Assembly: GCF_006345805.1 (NCBI RefSeq)
Contig: NC_043010.1
Location: 46,376,001-46,440,000, forward strand
Reading direction: 5' to 3'
Origin: Octopus sinensis
Taxonomy: Eukaryota
DNA length: 64,000 nucleotides
The position numbers and the translations under genes were made by a program. Of this stretch, positions 41,745 to 54,900 are shown in pieces. The notes beneath the pieces are model-generated. The model did not search any database. It was not told the DNA's origin and saw nothing but the letters and a program-made list of their open reading frames with translations. The stretch's first letter is position 1, and every line of letters begins with the position of its first letter.

Positions 41745-43124
41745 AATTAAGAAAATCTTGGAATGACACTTATGTCTTTTGATTTTTAAAAAAATAATTT
41801 AAGGTTTTGCTTGGATTCTTTGAACACTTATTTAGTATTCACCATTCTAATGTCTAAAAGTATTCCATGTTACCACCACTGTCATCTACTCTATAGATTA
41901 TTCTTCGTAATGATCATCTGCGTTATTGGAATTTAAATTTCTGTCCATCATCCAGCATTTAATACATTTTACATTCAATCTCTGATAGTCTAAATAAAGA
42001 CTTACATGGTAACTTATAATCAGTGGTACCAAGCTCATGGGTCTGCTCAGCCATCAATGCTATCACCACCACCGATGCCATCATCATCACTACCACCACC
42101 ACCATTACTATCAACATACCTACCACTATTATCCCTTCCACCAACACCATTGCCACCACCATTATTACTGCCCTACCCCCACCACCATTATCACCTTCAC
42201 CAACACCATTACACCACCATCACCATCACTACCAATATTAGTGCCACCTCCACCACTATCATACCACCACCACTGATACTGTTCTACTACTAACACCATT
42301 ATCTCCACTTCAACATATTCTTTTTATGTTTAATTTTAAATGCAAATCTTAACTTCTTTGAGATAACAGGAATCTCAAAAGAGTTATGAGTGATTCAAAG
42401 TGTAAGTTTGATGAACTCTTTGATATATATTCACCTCTCACTTCATAAAATATTCCTCCCATTTAAATATTCTTCCTTAACTGAAAATCTGCATATTCCT
42501 TATAGTTAATCCTTACTTTTCACCATTTGTATATAGAAAACATGACAGTTCTGACAGTTGCATTTCAGTTCGTATTCATTTCGTGTCAACAGGTGTTCCA
42601 CTACCTGAGTTTTGTGAAATGTTCTAGATTGTTCTAGATTAGATTCTGTTAGATGTTCAGGACATCGACCACATATTTAGAAATTTTGATGTCATCATCA
42701 TCATCATTTTATTTCCATGAGAAAGGATTTTCATACCTTGGGCCTCACTGAGGGGATGACAAGGGACCTAAGACTTCTGGTGGTTTGCTGTGCTGTAGAA
42801 GACTCGTCAAGCTAAGTAAAATCGTGGTTGTCATTACATACAGGCATGTCCCCTACATCCCTCTTGCAGACTCATGGGTGCTGGTACCATATAAAAAGCA
42901 CCCAGCATACTCTGTAAAGTGGTTGGCATTAGAAAAGACATCTAATTGTAGAAACCATGCTGAAAGACAGATGGAACCTGGGAAGCTCTTCAGCATAAAA
43001 TGAATCAGCTGCACTCTGCAAGAGGTTCGTGTTAGGAAAGACATTTAACTGCAGAAACTACAAAATGAATACCTGTATGAGATGTGGTCCCTAACTTATA
43101 TAGGAGGGCAGTTCTTTTTCTTTG

Positions 43125-43620
43125 GTGGCACTGCTTTTGCAGATTCCCATGACTCTCTGTCGCCATCCAATTCCATTATTATGAATTTGAATTGAGAACT
43201 TGAGTCATAGTGAATCTTTCATTAGCTAATTACACAACCATGGACACCACTCCTCTGAATGCATTGCAGTTACTTGCTTGACAAAGCTTTGTAATCTTGA
43301 CCATTATTCTCCTAGAATTCCTCTGCTCAACATCAGTGTAAGAAGCACTGTTGGCTTAGTTGAGCTTTTCCAGTCCCTTTTCACAATCCACAATGCTGCA
43401 GACCCATGACTTCATCGTAATCCCTGACAGAGTGGTTGAACACGTGTGATGCCTTGTCAAAGAGCAGCCCTTAAGTATGCAGGGCACTCCATGAGGTACT
43501 TTTAAAATACCTGCATACCCAGTAACTTCAAATAAAAACTCCATGTCATTTTTCATTGATGGTGATGTTTTAAAATGATGATGATGACAATCCATCAAAT
43601 CCACGCCAGCAGGAAACTGG
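43125..43620 (-). mobile_element. RTE-like LINE 3' fragment
   Basis: Paralogue of 20960-21362. Confidence 0.6.
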
Positions 43621-43752
43621 GATGTGAAATGATGATTGTTTCATTTGGTGGAATTTGAACTCAGAATATAAAGACAAACAAAATGTTGTTAAGCATTTTG
43701 TCTGGATGTGCTAACAATTCTGAAAGCTTCTGCTTTAATAATAATAATAATA

Positions 43753-43808
<56 letters not shown>

Positions 43809-43849
43809 TGATGATGATGATGACGAAGATTATTATTATTCTATGTTTG

Positions 43850-44192
43850 ACTTTTGCTTTATATTTGTACAAGTTGGCTCTAAGTCTCACCCAGAGACCT
43901 CAAGAGACAACAGGTTGGAAGTTCATGTTGTTGTTATGCCTAGTGTGCCATATATTTGGGTTTTTTTTTTTTTTGGTGTTGTACTAGTTAATGTCTAAAA
44001 AAAAAAAGAAAACGAAAATTATGTTTGTTTTAAACCTTGAGATTACATAGAAAGTATTTTGCGTAGAATATGAGCAGTTCCCATGAGCACTATCTTTTGA
44101 ATTTCTGCCATTTTTGGGTTTCCTGGTATCTGAGTTAGACAGCAATCAGTCCCTTTTGCTATCATTCCCAGGGCACCTATGACAACTGGTAT
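43850..44192 (-). mobile_element. 5'-truncated RLE-type (R4/Dong/NeSL-like) non-LTR retrotransposon 3' end
   Basis: Open frame 44192-44043, IPVVIGALGMIAKG...IQKIVLMGTAHILRKILSM*, resembles the C-terminus after the restriction-like endonuclease domain; (AAT)n tail, with TAA-type repeats on both sides. Confidence 0.8.
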
Positions 44193-44904
44193 TGTTATTA
44201 TATTATTATTATTATTATTATTATTATTTCAAATTTTGGCACAAGGTCAGCTATTTCAGGGGAGGGCTAAGTCAATTACATTGACCCCAATGTTCTGCTG
44301 GCACTTATTTTATTGACCTCAAAAGGATGACAATAATAATGATAATGATGATGATGATAGCAATAATCAAAATTGGCATGAGAGCAGAGCAAGCCCAAAA
44401 AAACTGCTCTGCTGGGGAGAGCTAGAATTTTGAGATTGGTACTTGGATGTTGAATGCCTTTCATGATAATTAACAACCAAATATCAAAGCTTATAATGTG
44501 CGGCAAAAGGTCCTTGTGAGACCTCTGAGAATAGGCTGTTGTCCACTCGCACAGAATCAACGAGAGCAAACAAGACCGAGCGCTCTGAGAAGTAAAACAA
44601 TAATGATGAGAATTATAATAACCCTTGACAACAGGTAGTTGTCTGCTTTTACAGAATTAATGAGAGCAAGTGAAATGTATAATAATGAAGATAATAATGA
44701 TAATAATAATCTTTTCTACAGTTGACACAAGGCCTGAAATTTTGGGAGAGGGGACACATCGATTATGCAGGATGCAGTGCTCAACTGGTACTTATTTTAT
44801 TAATACTGAAAGAATGAAAGGCAGTGTCAACCTTGGCAGAATTTGAACTCAGAATATAAAGATAGAAAAAGACGTTTTACCCAGCATGATAATGATTCTA
44901 CCAG

Positions 44905-45445
44905 CTTGCTGCCATCATCATCATCATCATCATCGTTTAACGTTTGTTTTCCATGCCAGCATGGGTTGGACAGTTCGACCGGAGTCTGGGAAGCCAGGAG
45001 ACTGTGCCAGGCTCCAGTCTGATTTGGCAGTGTTTCTACAGCTGGGTGCCCCTCCTAATGCCAACCACTCTGAGAGTGTAGTGGGTGCTTTTTACGTGCC
45101 ACTGGCACAGGTGCCAGGGGTGGCTGGCAATGGCCACAATCAGATGGTGCTTTTTATGTGCCACCGGCACGGAAGCCAGTCAAGGTGGTACTGGCATCGG
45201 CCACATTCGGATGGTGCTTTTTATGTGCCGCCAGCACGGGTATCACAACTACAATTTCCATTTGATTTTTATTTTGATATTGATGTACTTGACTCAATAC
45301 AATATTGATGTACTTTCCTCAAGCATAGCAGGTTGCCCTACGATTCAAGGTAAGCACAACAGGCCTTCCTGCAATCCAAGGTACTTTGGATGGGCTGGGG
45401 CTGCTATGTGAAGCTGGTGCAGGAAACAGCCATGAACTCACATTA
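44905..45445 (-). mobile_element. Retroposon family D with about three internal 65-bp tandem repeats
   Basis: GGTGCTTTTTA(C/T)GTGCC repeated at about 45083, 45145 and 45212; (GAT)n tail. Confidence 0.8.
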
Positions 45446-46628
45446 GCCATGATTAGAATAATAATAATAATATAATAATAATAATAATAATATAATAATA
45501 ATAATAATAATAATAATAAGTGGTCGTGGTGGTGCTGCCTGTGCCTAGTGTACCCTCAGCAGACAATCATGATACACATATTGGGTTTCGTCTATTTGTA
45601 CCCCAGTGTAATCAGCTGATCCCCTCCTGCCAAATTTCAGGCCTTGTGCCAATAGTAGAAAAGATTATTGCTTTTATTTTTATTATTAAGGCGGCGAGCT
45701 GGCAGAACTGTTAGCATGCTTGATGATATGTTTAGCGGTATTTTGCCTGTCACAACATCCTGAGTTCAAATTCCACCAAGGTCGACTTTTCCTTTCATCC
45801 TTTCAGGGTCGATAAAGTAAGTACCAGTTGAACACTGGGGTTGATGTAATCAATTTATCCTCTTCTTGTGCCAAAATTTGAAGCCATCATCATCATTATT
45901 ATTATAACATCAATAATAACGATAATAGTAATGATGATGATGATGATAACATTGATAATCATATTTATATCAATAATGATAATAATATTTATATCACACT
46001 ATACACTTACAAACACATAAACAATTTAACCAGCTAATCTCTCTATAATACAAAGTACTATGTTTCTTGCTAGCCAATAGCAAATGTTTGTGTTGGTCTT
46101 TCATGTTTTCTCACATGATTGTAATTACTTTGTACTAATGTCATTATGTAACATCTTGGTTTCCTTGTTACATTCTTCCATAATCACGGGTGATAAAAAC
46201 ATAACCTACTTAAGTGGCCTGGAATAAAACAGCCTAGCAGGATTTTATCTCAACAGTCAAACCTAGTGTAATCCTGTTTCCTAATACATAATCTATTAGT
46301 CTAGATAATGTTATAAGCTATTTAAGTTTGTTTTATGTGTTGCATCTGTAGAAAGGAGAATACAAGAAACCAGATCCCTAACTGCGGAATAATAACATTG
46401 TACTCAGACAGTATTACTTTGTTGTTTTCTTGTAATGTTTCGAAACTTCAGACATCAGATAATTTCGAGACTAATGACTTTGATGTTCCAGCAAGAGTTT
46501 TTTACACCATCATCTTTTTTTTTCTGTTTTTTTTTTAATTCATAGTCTGAAATGTTTTGTTCTTGTCTTTACATAATTTGAGAAGCATATTTATCTTAAT
46601 GCACATATACTTCATTAATCTATATTAA

Positions 46629-46849
46629 CCCTTTCGTTACTGTATTTTATTTTGAGATACTCTGTGTTTCTTTTAATTACTTTAAATATAACAAAGAATT
46701 TAATAAAATAACTTAGTTATCATTCAGCTAGTGTTAGGAACATAAATTGTGACTAAGGTTTAGTGGAAGATTTTTATTCAAAACTTATGAGAAGAAGACA
46801 TTTGTACTCAGTGCCAGAGCCAATTTCAGCCAGGTTGGTAACGAAAGGG
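46629..46849 (-). mobile_element. piggyBac-type MITE
   Basis: TTAA|CCCTTTCGTTAC...GTAACGAAAGGG|TTAA; inverted paralogue of 7873-8097. Confidence 0.92.
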
Positions 46850-47291
46850 TTAAGAAGCTCATAATGCAACATGTATTTTGTTCTGAACTTGTGATTACAA
46901 GGATGTACTAAAGTAATTTCATTCATTTCAATTACTGATTTCAAATTTTGGCACAGGCCAGCAATATCTGAGAAAGGAGCAAGTTGATTACATTGACCCC
47001 AGTACTCAACTAGTACTTACTTTATCAACCCCATAAGGATAAAAAGCAAAATGAACATCAGTGAAATTTGAACTCAGAACGAGAAAGCAGACAATACCTC
47101 ACTGCATGGTAATGACTCTGTCAGCTCGCTGCCTTATTCATTTTAACTAGTAAAAGGAATTAATACAAGCTATGTTGCACTTAAGTTTTATTTTTGCAGA
47201 GGTAAAGAATGTGAGCTTAGATCCAGGGTTCAATACTTGATGGAAGAAGCAGCTGACTGGGTAGCTTCATTTAACAAATTTGAACCTTATA

Positions 47292-47705
47292 GGCGTAGGA
47301 GTGGCTGTGCGGTAAGTAGCTTGCTTACCAACCACATGGTTCTGGGTTTAGTCCCACTGCGTGACACCTTGGGCAAGTGCCTTCCACTATAGCCTCAGAC
47401 CGTCCAAAGCCTCGTGAGTGGAGTTGGTAGACAGAAACTGAAAGAAGCCCGTCGTATATATGTATATGTATATATATGTGTGTGTGTGTGTGTTTGCCCC
47501 CCCCCCTCCCCAACATCTCTTGACAACCGATGGTTGTGTGCTTACTACGTTCCCGTAACTTAGCGGTTCGGCAAAAGAGACCGATAGAATAAGTACTAGA
47601 CTTACAAAGAATAAGTCCTGTGGTTGATTTTTCGTACTACAGGTGGTGTTCCAGCATGGCCACAGTCAAATGACTGAAACAACTAAAAGAGTAGAGTAAA
47701 GAGAG
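47292..47705 (+). mobile_element. SINE family A, full length
   Basis: Complete head, body and tail. Confidence 0.92.
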
Positions 47706-48227
47706 TTATAGGCAACTGCATTTGATGATATATATAGTGTGCAACAACTGAGATCTATGTGTGGTTTTTCTTTACAATATGACATTAGATTCTGCTCACC
47801 TTTGGTCAAAAACATATATTTATCACCTGCACCATATTCTGTGAGTGAATTGGCAGAATCATTAGTGTTGGACAAAATTCCAGCTCTTTATGTTGTGAGT
47901 TCAGATCCCATCCCTCTGAGATCAATAAAATATGATAGCAGTCAACAGCTGTGGATTGGCAGAATTATTAGAGCATTGGTCAAAATGATTTATGGAATTC
48001 ATTTTTTCTATTTATGTTCTATGTACCCTGGCAAGTGTCACTACCTGTATCTCAGCAACAAATAACAAAGGAAAACAATAGGAAGCTTCTTTTGTATTCT
48101 CCTCGTGAAAATTCTATGGAAAATATGTTGTGCTTCTTAAAAGGCTATCAGGAAAGAACTGCATTTTCTCCTAGTTGAAAATTAACTTGCACAGGTCATA
48201 CAGAAGCATTGAAATCAACTGATTCTT

Positions 48228-48598
48228 TATCTTTTACTTGTTTCTGTCATTTGACTGTAGCCACGTGGGGGCACTGCCTTGAGGAATTCTAGTCAAACTA
48301 ATCGACCCCAGTACTTAATTTTCCTTTTTAAAGCCTGGTACTTATTTTATTGGTCTCTTTTGCCACACCACTAAGTTTCAGGGATACTGTTTGTCTAGCA
48401 GTGCTGGGAGGCACACACACACACACACACACACACACAACAGTTTTCATTCTGTTTCCATCTACCAAATACACTCACAAGGCTTTGGTTGGTCAGATGC
48501 TATAGTAGAAGACACTTGTCCAAGCTACCGTGCAGTGGAACTGAACCCGGAACCATGTGGTTGGGAAGCAAACTTTTATTATGCAGCCATGCCTGCAC
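48228..48598 (-). mobile_element. SINE family A, older copy
   Basis: Head, body and tail similarity. Confidence 0.85.
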
Positions 48599-48651
48599 CT
48601 GTATCGACTTCGATTTAACTCCTTCTACTTATGAGACACCTAAGACATTAT

Positions 48652-48830
48652 TCAATTCAGTTCAATTCAATTTTTATTGGCTCAAAAAGCAAAAGCAAGG
48701 CCATGTAGGGGGACAGGGAGTTATGTACAGGGAGGGTGGTCATACAAAGAGTTCAGGCCATTTCTGGTCAAGAGAGACTTTGAACCGAGCGGTCGTCGGC
48801 ATCTTCACTATCTTGTCCAGCAGCTTATTC
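48652..48830 (-). mobile_element. CR1-clade LINE 3' end
   Basis: Encodes WNKLLDKIVKMPTTARFKVSLDQKWPELFV* (CR1 ORF2 C-terminal motif WNxLP...FKxxLD); AATAAA signal, (TTGAA)n tail, TSD CATTAT at 48646-51 and 48831-36. Confidence 0.85.
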
Positions 48831-50118
48831 CATTATGCTCCCACCAACATAGTTGATCTACTGCAGTTCTCTCTCTCTTCTCCTGTCCAATTGGTTCTCA
48901 TAAATTGTTACAGTTTTAACACTTAGAATCCAACACATTTACATTCCAGCTTCCGTGCAACTTTCATTGAAATCCTTCATAGTCTGATGATTTTTATCAC
49001 TTAATCACACTGGGATGCATTTACTGTTTCTTTTGTGGTTTAGGGATTTTATATGCTCAACCTTCCTCCTTTCTCTTATAAGTTAAGACCAGCTATAGTA
49101 GAGTTAGTACTTATGTTCTTAATTCAAAATTGTTTAAGTATATATTTTTTTGTTCTTTTATTTAATTTGTTGCACTCTATTCATAAACTTCGGAAACAAT
49201 TATTTTGTAACTTTTAAATCTCAGCTAAAAAAAGCTTCACCCAGCCTGTTCTGTTCTCAGTCTGCATTTATTACAGCAGCTATTTAAAGAACAAATTAAA
49301 ACTTTAAAAAAAATATAATACTTTGCAAGAAAAACCTAAAAGAAAATAAATGAACATTAAAATTTTCCACTCTCCTCATTTTATGAATGTTCGGGGTTTT
49401 TTTTTTCCTTGGTAGCTGATGAATAAAACAAACGATAGCTTTATCAAAATATGAAGTGTTGATAAAGTTATCGTTTTGATTGTTACTGAATGCAGAATGC
49501 TACTGGATGCGAAGTGGGTCTATCTCCACTGAATGTATTCCTGTACTCTTATAAAAATATATACCATGACAATTTAGTGAGATTATATTGCTACAATGGT
49601 GCTTACTATACCATCATTAAATTTCTCATTGAAATATGAATGGAATTCATTTATAAAATACTTGCCTTTGTCTGTTTTGGCATTAAATTGTTTAGTAAAT
49701 GTTTGGTGTAAGGGATTATAATACACCATAATTTTAATGTTGCAGGGAAAAAATTCTTTCAGGCAAGATTATTTTAATAAATCTAATACATAAAACAAAA
49801 AAAATGGAAAGTATTGCATTTTATCTCTTTCTAAAGCCTGATATTTCTAACTGTTCAGATACATGGATTTACCAGTTCAAACCCACTGGTAAATGATGGA
49901 AAGCTTAAATTTTATAACTAACACAAAAGTAACTAGAAACATTCTCTTTGGAACAAGCCCGTTGTAGTTCAGGTTTCAGCCACTAGAAGTCACTTGATGT
50001 GACCCTCAGGCATCAGCTTGCTTATCAGTGACATTGAGTGCAGTCATATTGCCACAGGGTGTGTCTGTTTTGCAGTGCTTCTCTCATGTTCAACAATTTT
50101 TGCAATTTCCATGAAATT

Positions 50119-50475
50119 GTGAGAAGCTTGCTTCCCAACTGTGTGGTCTTGGGTTCAATCCCACTGCATAGCACCTTAAGCTACTACAACCTTGACTAAC
50201 CAGAGAATTGAGAGTTAATTTGGTTAACAGAAACTGAAAAGAGACTGCCATATATGGATGTGTGTTTTTGTGTTTCTCCCCAGTGACTGCTTGACAATCA
50301 TTGTTGGTTTGTTCATGTCCCTGTAACTTAGTCAGTCTGTAAAAATGACCAATAGAATAAGTACCAGATTTTAAGAAATAAGTACTGAGGTGAGTGCTTT
50401 TGACTAAAACCCTTCCAGATGGTGCCCCAGCATGGCCACAGTCCAGTAAGTAAAACAAGTAAAAGATAAAAGATA
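50119..50475 (+). mobile_element. SINE family A, decayed
   Basis: Head, body and tail similarity. Confidence 0.8.
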
Positions 50476-51126
50476 AGGAGAGTTCATCTTATAGATATGA
50501 AACAGAATTTCCAGAATAGGATTAGAACAAGCTGTTATTTGTTTATTTGTATTTTTACTGCCAGGATTTCTAATCTTTTAATAATTGTGGAAATAATACC
50601 TTTTCAATCCGATCTTATTAATAAAAGTAATAATATAAAATAAATAAATCTTGAAATGTTTTATCTATTGAGAAAACTTTTCATCGGTATAAGTAAATAG
50701 AAATTTTGTAGCTGTGAAATTGCAGATGGTTTTATATTAATTACTATATTAAGTATTTTTGGAGCGATGGACATTTTGTCTGATTACAGAAATGTCTGAA
50801 TGCTTCAGTCTGTTACATTTTAAATTTACATCTCCTTCAGCAATCTCCATCATCTTTAAATTACATTTTTCTTTCATTCAACTTGAAGTAACAACATTTT
50901 ACTTTTTTATCTATCTTCCACTTCTCTATTGTTCTCAGTTCAAATCCCAGTATAGTAGATTTGATATTTTTTGCCTTCATTTATAATAATCAGTTCATGT
51001 TTTTTCTCAAATTTTAGTGTTAATTGATATCTCACATACATGCTGAGTGGTTTAAAGTATTATAGCATAAGCTCATATGTTACGGCACCTATGGTCTTAG
51101 AGCATCTTGATCCATCATTGCTACCT

Positions 51127-51537
51127 GTTTCTTTACTACCCACAAGGGGCTAAACACAGAGAGGATAAACAAGGACAAACGGATTAAGTCGATTATATCA
51201 ACCCCAGTGCGTAACTGGTACTTAATTTATCGACCCCGAAAGGATGAAAAGCAAAGTCGACCTCAGCGGAATTTGAACTCAGAACGTAATGGCAGACGAA
51301 ATACCTATTTCTTTATTACCCACAAGGGGCTAAACACAGAGGGGACAAACAAGGACAGACATAGGTATTAAGTCGATTACATCGACCCCAGTGCGTAACT
51401 GGTACTTAATTTATCGACCCCGAAAGGATGAAAGGCAAAGTCGACCTCGGCGGAATTTGAACTCAGAACGTTAGCGGCAGACGAAATACCGTTAAGCATT
51501 TCGCCCGGTGTGCTAACGTTTCTGCCAGCTCACCGCC
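51127..51537 (-). mobile_element. SINE family B with a tandemly duplicated 3' three-quarters
   Basis: Direct repeat of about 176-180 bp; flanked by a ~20-bp TSD CTTGATCCA(A)TCATTGCTACCT. Confidence 0.92.
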
Positions 51538-51559
51538 TTGATCCAATCATTGCTACCTT

Positions 51560-51850
51560 CAGTTCATGGATAGAATCCAAACTTTTGTCCTCCTCTAGTT
51601 TGTTTGATAAATGTCACATGACATTTCACACACTTGCTGGTACCATGCAGATGGTCCCAGAGCTCAAGATTTGATGCTACTTCTTCTAGGTGCTGCATGC
51701 AATGCTCTGTACATGCAGAGATGTTATTCTGATTTTGTTGGTCACTTTTGGAGGGCTTCTGTAAAGATGCTCATGTTGCTACCATTCATAGCATCCTTGG
51801 TGAAATGGATTTGGCTCTAGATGACCAGTGGGAGTTCAGCTGAAGTGAAA
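51560..51850 (-). mobile_element. RTE LINE ORF remnant
   Basis: EHCMQHLEEVASNLELWDHLHGTSKCVKCHVTFIKQ resembles the RTE C-terminal GHCxRHxEExASxLLLWxPxHG motif. Confidence 0.65.
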
Positions 51851-54066
51851 ATATAGAGTTATCTTATTCTGTCAAAGCAAAACACCCATCTCTACTTGCT
51901 TCAGTCTACTTATAATTCAAATGGGTTCTGTTTTAAAATAGCTACAGCAAAAAACAATAATAATAAATAATAGTAATCATACTATTACATATTCACACAG
52001 ATAATTAATTAATAACCAGAATTCAGCACTAATTTACAAAGGTTCAAAGACAAACTCACACATGTGGCTAAGATTTACCTACATTTGGTACCCATAAGTT
52101 TCAATTTTTCCAGACAGAACACTTTATACTACAGTGCCTCAGGTCACCTCAACATTGGAGAGAGAGATACAAGAACATCTCAAAGTGTTATCTGAGGTTG
52201 GCTAGTGTCTTATCCAGGACATATATATATATATTTATATTATATATCCAATCTGCTTCATGTCATAAAAATAGTGCAAGATCAGGAGTTCTTAAAAGCC
52301 TAAACCTTTTATGCATTGACAACATCTTTTTTTAAATTTTACTGAAGATCCTTAAAACACAGTGGGCTGATTTTCAAAAAGAACCACCCTAATTCTAACA
52401 GCAATCATATCTCTCTCTTTCTCTCATATGCAATGTGTAAGGTAGTTTTAAACTTAGATGTACAACAACTGACTTGAAGTTAAGCCTGATATGTTGAATT
52501 CACCATGTTAACTTATAGACAGAGAGGTTTGAGTGCTTCTGTCATAAAAAGCTGATTTGACACATTTTTTGTTTTTTTAGTTACATGCTATGATTTGGTG
52601 ATGGAAACTTGGGAAGAAGTAGTTATTTCAGACTCAAGAAAGTTGAACATCATAAATAGAATGATGCAAAAATCAAGAAAACTTAAAAAAGATCACATAT
52701 AAAACAACTAGTGCAACAGTCATAGAAAAACAGATGCTAAACTGCAATACTGATGAGAGCAATGTTAAAATTCACAAAATAAAATAAAATAATCATTATG
52801 ACATATGCCATCATCTAGCTTAAGAATGATTTCATTGGCACAAAGAAGCCATTCATTTGTTGTTACTGTTTCATTAGGTATTTTAACAATTTAAAAGCTG
52901 GTCATATTCCAAGCATATTGACTGTTGGTGCTTATCATCACAACTGGGAAGTATTCTGTTACTAACCAATACCTCTTTACATTTCCTCTGTTGAAACTCT
53001 GACTCTTGTTCCAGTTAAATAGATTGTATGTTTCACCATAAATTTTAGTGAATGTACTCCACCAAGCAGAACAAGATCTATAAAATTTCAGACTAATATT
53101 CATTGCTGTCTTCCTGATCAAGTTTTCACTGAATACCTTTCCCTCTCAAACATTTCTATTTGGAAACTTAGGAGGAAAAAATTCTACTTTCATTATAAAA
53201 CCACAAAGCTATATTTAGATGCTGGAATAGTTACTAATATTGATCTCAATATAATTTGTGGTTGTTGTTAATGTTATGAGTATATGGGCTTATACATACA
53301 TTAGGAATACATTCAGACGCAAGCACACACACATGCACATGTCTGTATGTGCTATATATGTTTATATACTAACACAGTGTGGGTGAGAGTATGAGAGTGT
53401 GTGGGTGGGTGCATATATGTACAGACATATCTTCAGACAAAATAAAATGCCTTTTTTTGGTATTACTATTTTAATAAAATATACATGTATAGATATATAT
53501 ATATAAGCATGTGTGTGTGTGTATGTGTGTGTAAATGCATGCACACATATCTAATCCTAAAATTGTAGTTGTTTCTCTTTATGCATTGTTAAACATTAAA
53601 CAGAAGAGGCCCTCTGTCTGATTACAGATGTATGTACTATGCTACAGTCTGTTCTACCTTGCATATTTTTTTACTACATGTTTTCTTTGTCAGCAGCCAC
53701 CACCAACACCACCCTCAGTTTATACCCACTAATGTGTTTTAGTGTTTTAACCAGATATTGCATTTGTGCATAACAGTACGTAATTCTTTCCTGATACATA
53801 TATCATTGTTTGATAAGCATTATTGTTACAGTTGTCAATTCTATTGTCTTGTATCTGATAGGACTAGACTACCATACTACTTAGCTTCCTGTTAATTCAA
53901 TGTTTCTTCCTCTGAGTACCTCTCTTTCCCTCCAGCTAAATAAAACTTAGATTTAACTCCTACTTATGAGATGCATAACGCAGTAAACTCTCACCAACAC
54001 AGTTGACCAGCTGCTCTCTACTCCTGTCTAATTGGTTCTCATAAGTTGTTACAGTTTTATCACTTA

Positions 54067-54900
54067 CTAGCAGTATTGCCCGGCTTGTGCACTCGTGCGT
54101 TCTATGCACGCACGAATTAAGCTAAACTTGGATGAAGTTCAATCAAAATTCAATTATTTTGGTTTTAAAATCAAGCATTTAATGCCCTCTATTCTTGCTC
54201 TTATGTGTTCCATTTCCTCAATAGGAAGTACGTAGAAGCGTTTCATAAATTTTTGTTGATCAAATAATTGCATTGTTGAATTATTCTTTTAGATCAGTAT
54301 TTCTCAACGGGGATTTCAGGGGAGAGTTTCAGGGAGTCGCTGGCGATGTATCGTGATGATCAAAAATCCGGCCTGCTAAAATTTGGTTAAAGTGATTCAA
54401 ACTGCAGACTCAACGCAAAATGGTCACATTCAATTCAAAGCTTTAAAAATGTTATGAAAACATTTGGTATGTGTTCACAAAGTCAAAACGATTAATACGC
54501 AAAAACCCTCCAGGCTACATCCCGAAAATTCATTTCTTTGCCGAATTTCTACAATGTTTACAGCAATTCGTTTTTATATCTTGATTTTTTATTTTTCATG
54601 CAATTTACGCATGCTTGCACACATGGTGAACACAGTTCACGTCAAACAGCTGAGTAAAGTTCACTATTCAATGCATGGGATAAGGCCTAAACAAACACAT
54701 TATCGATTTTTGCACTTGCGAGATGAATTTCGGAACAGAAATAGCACAGTTCAATTTTCATTCGCCTAAACTTTAAGTGACCCATTTTTGGTGGTTCTAT
54801 GATTTGTTGGCTAGGAGGAGATGTGCCGGGAAGTTAAACACACAGACACACACACAGATACACACACAGACACACAAGTTGAGTTTTATATATATATAGA
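54067..54900 (-). mobile_element. Non-autonomous Helitron, subfamily 3 (834 bp)
   Basis: A|CTAGCAGTATTGCCCGG and ...ATATATAGA|T termini; splits a dispersed repeat whose empty site is visible at about 48915-48935. Confidence 0.85.

Noticed and set aside
41959-42310. His/Thr/Pro-rich ORFs
   Set aside because: They derive from a degenerate CAC/CAT triplet repeat and are open in several frames.
44905-45300. Regularly spaced repeats superficially like a CRISPR array
   Set aside because: Eukaryotic context, the spacers are similar to each other, and the repeats are internal to a retroposon.
47739-48065. 108-aa plus-strand ORF
   Set aside because: It is built from two decayed SINE-B heads.
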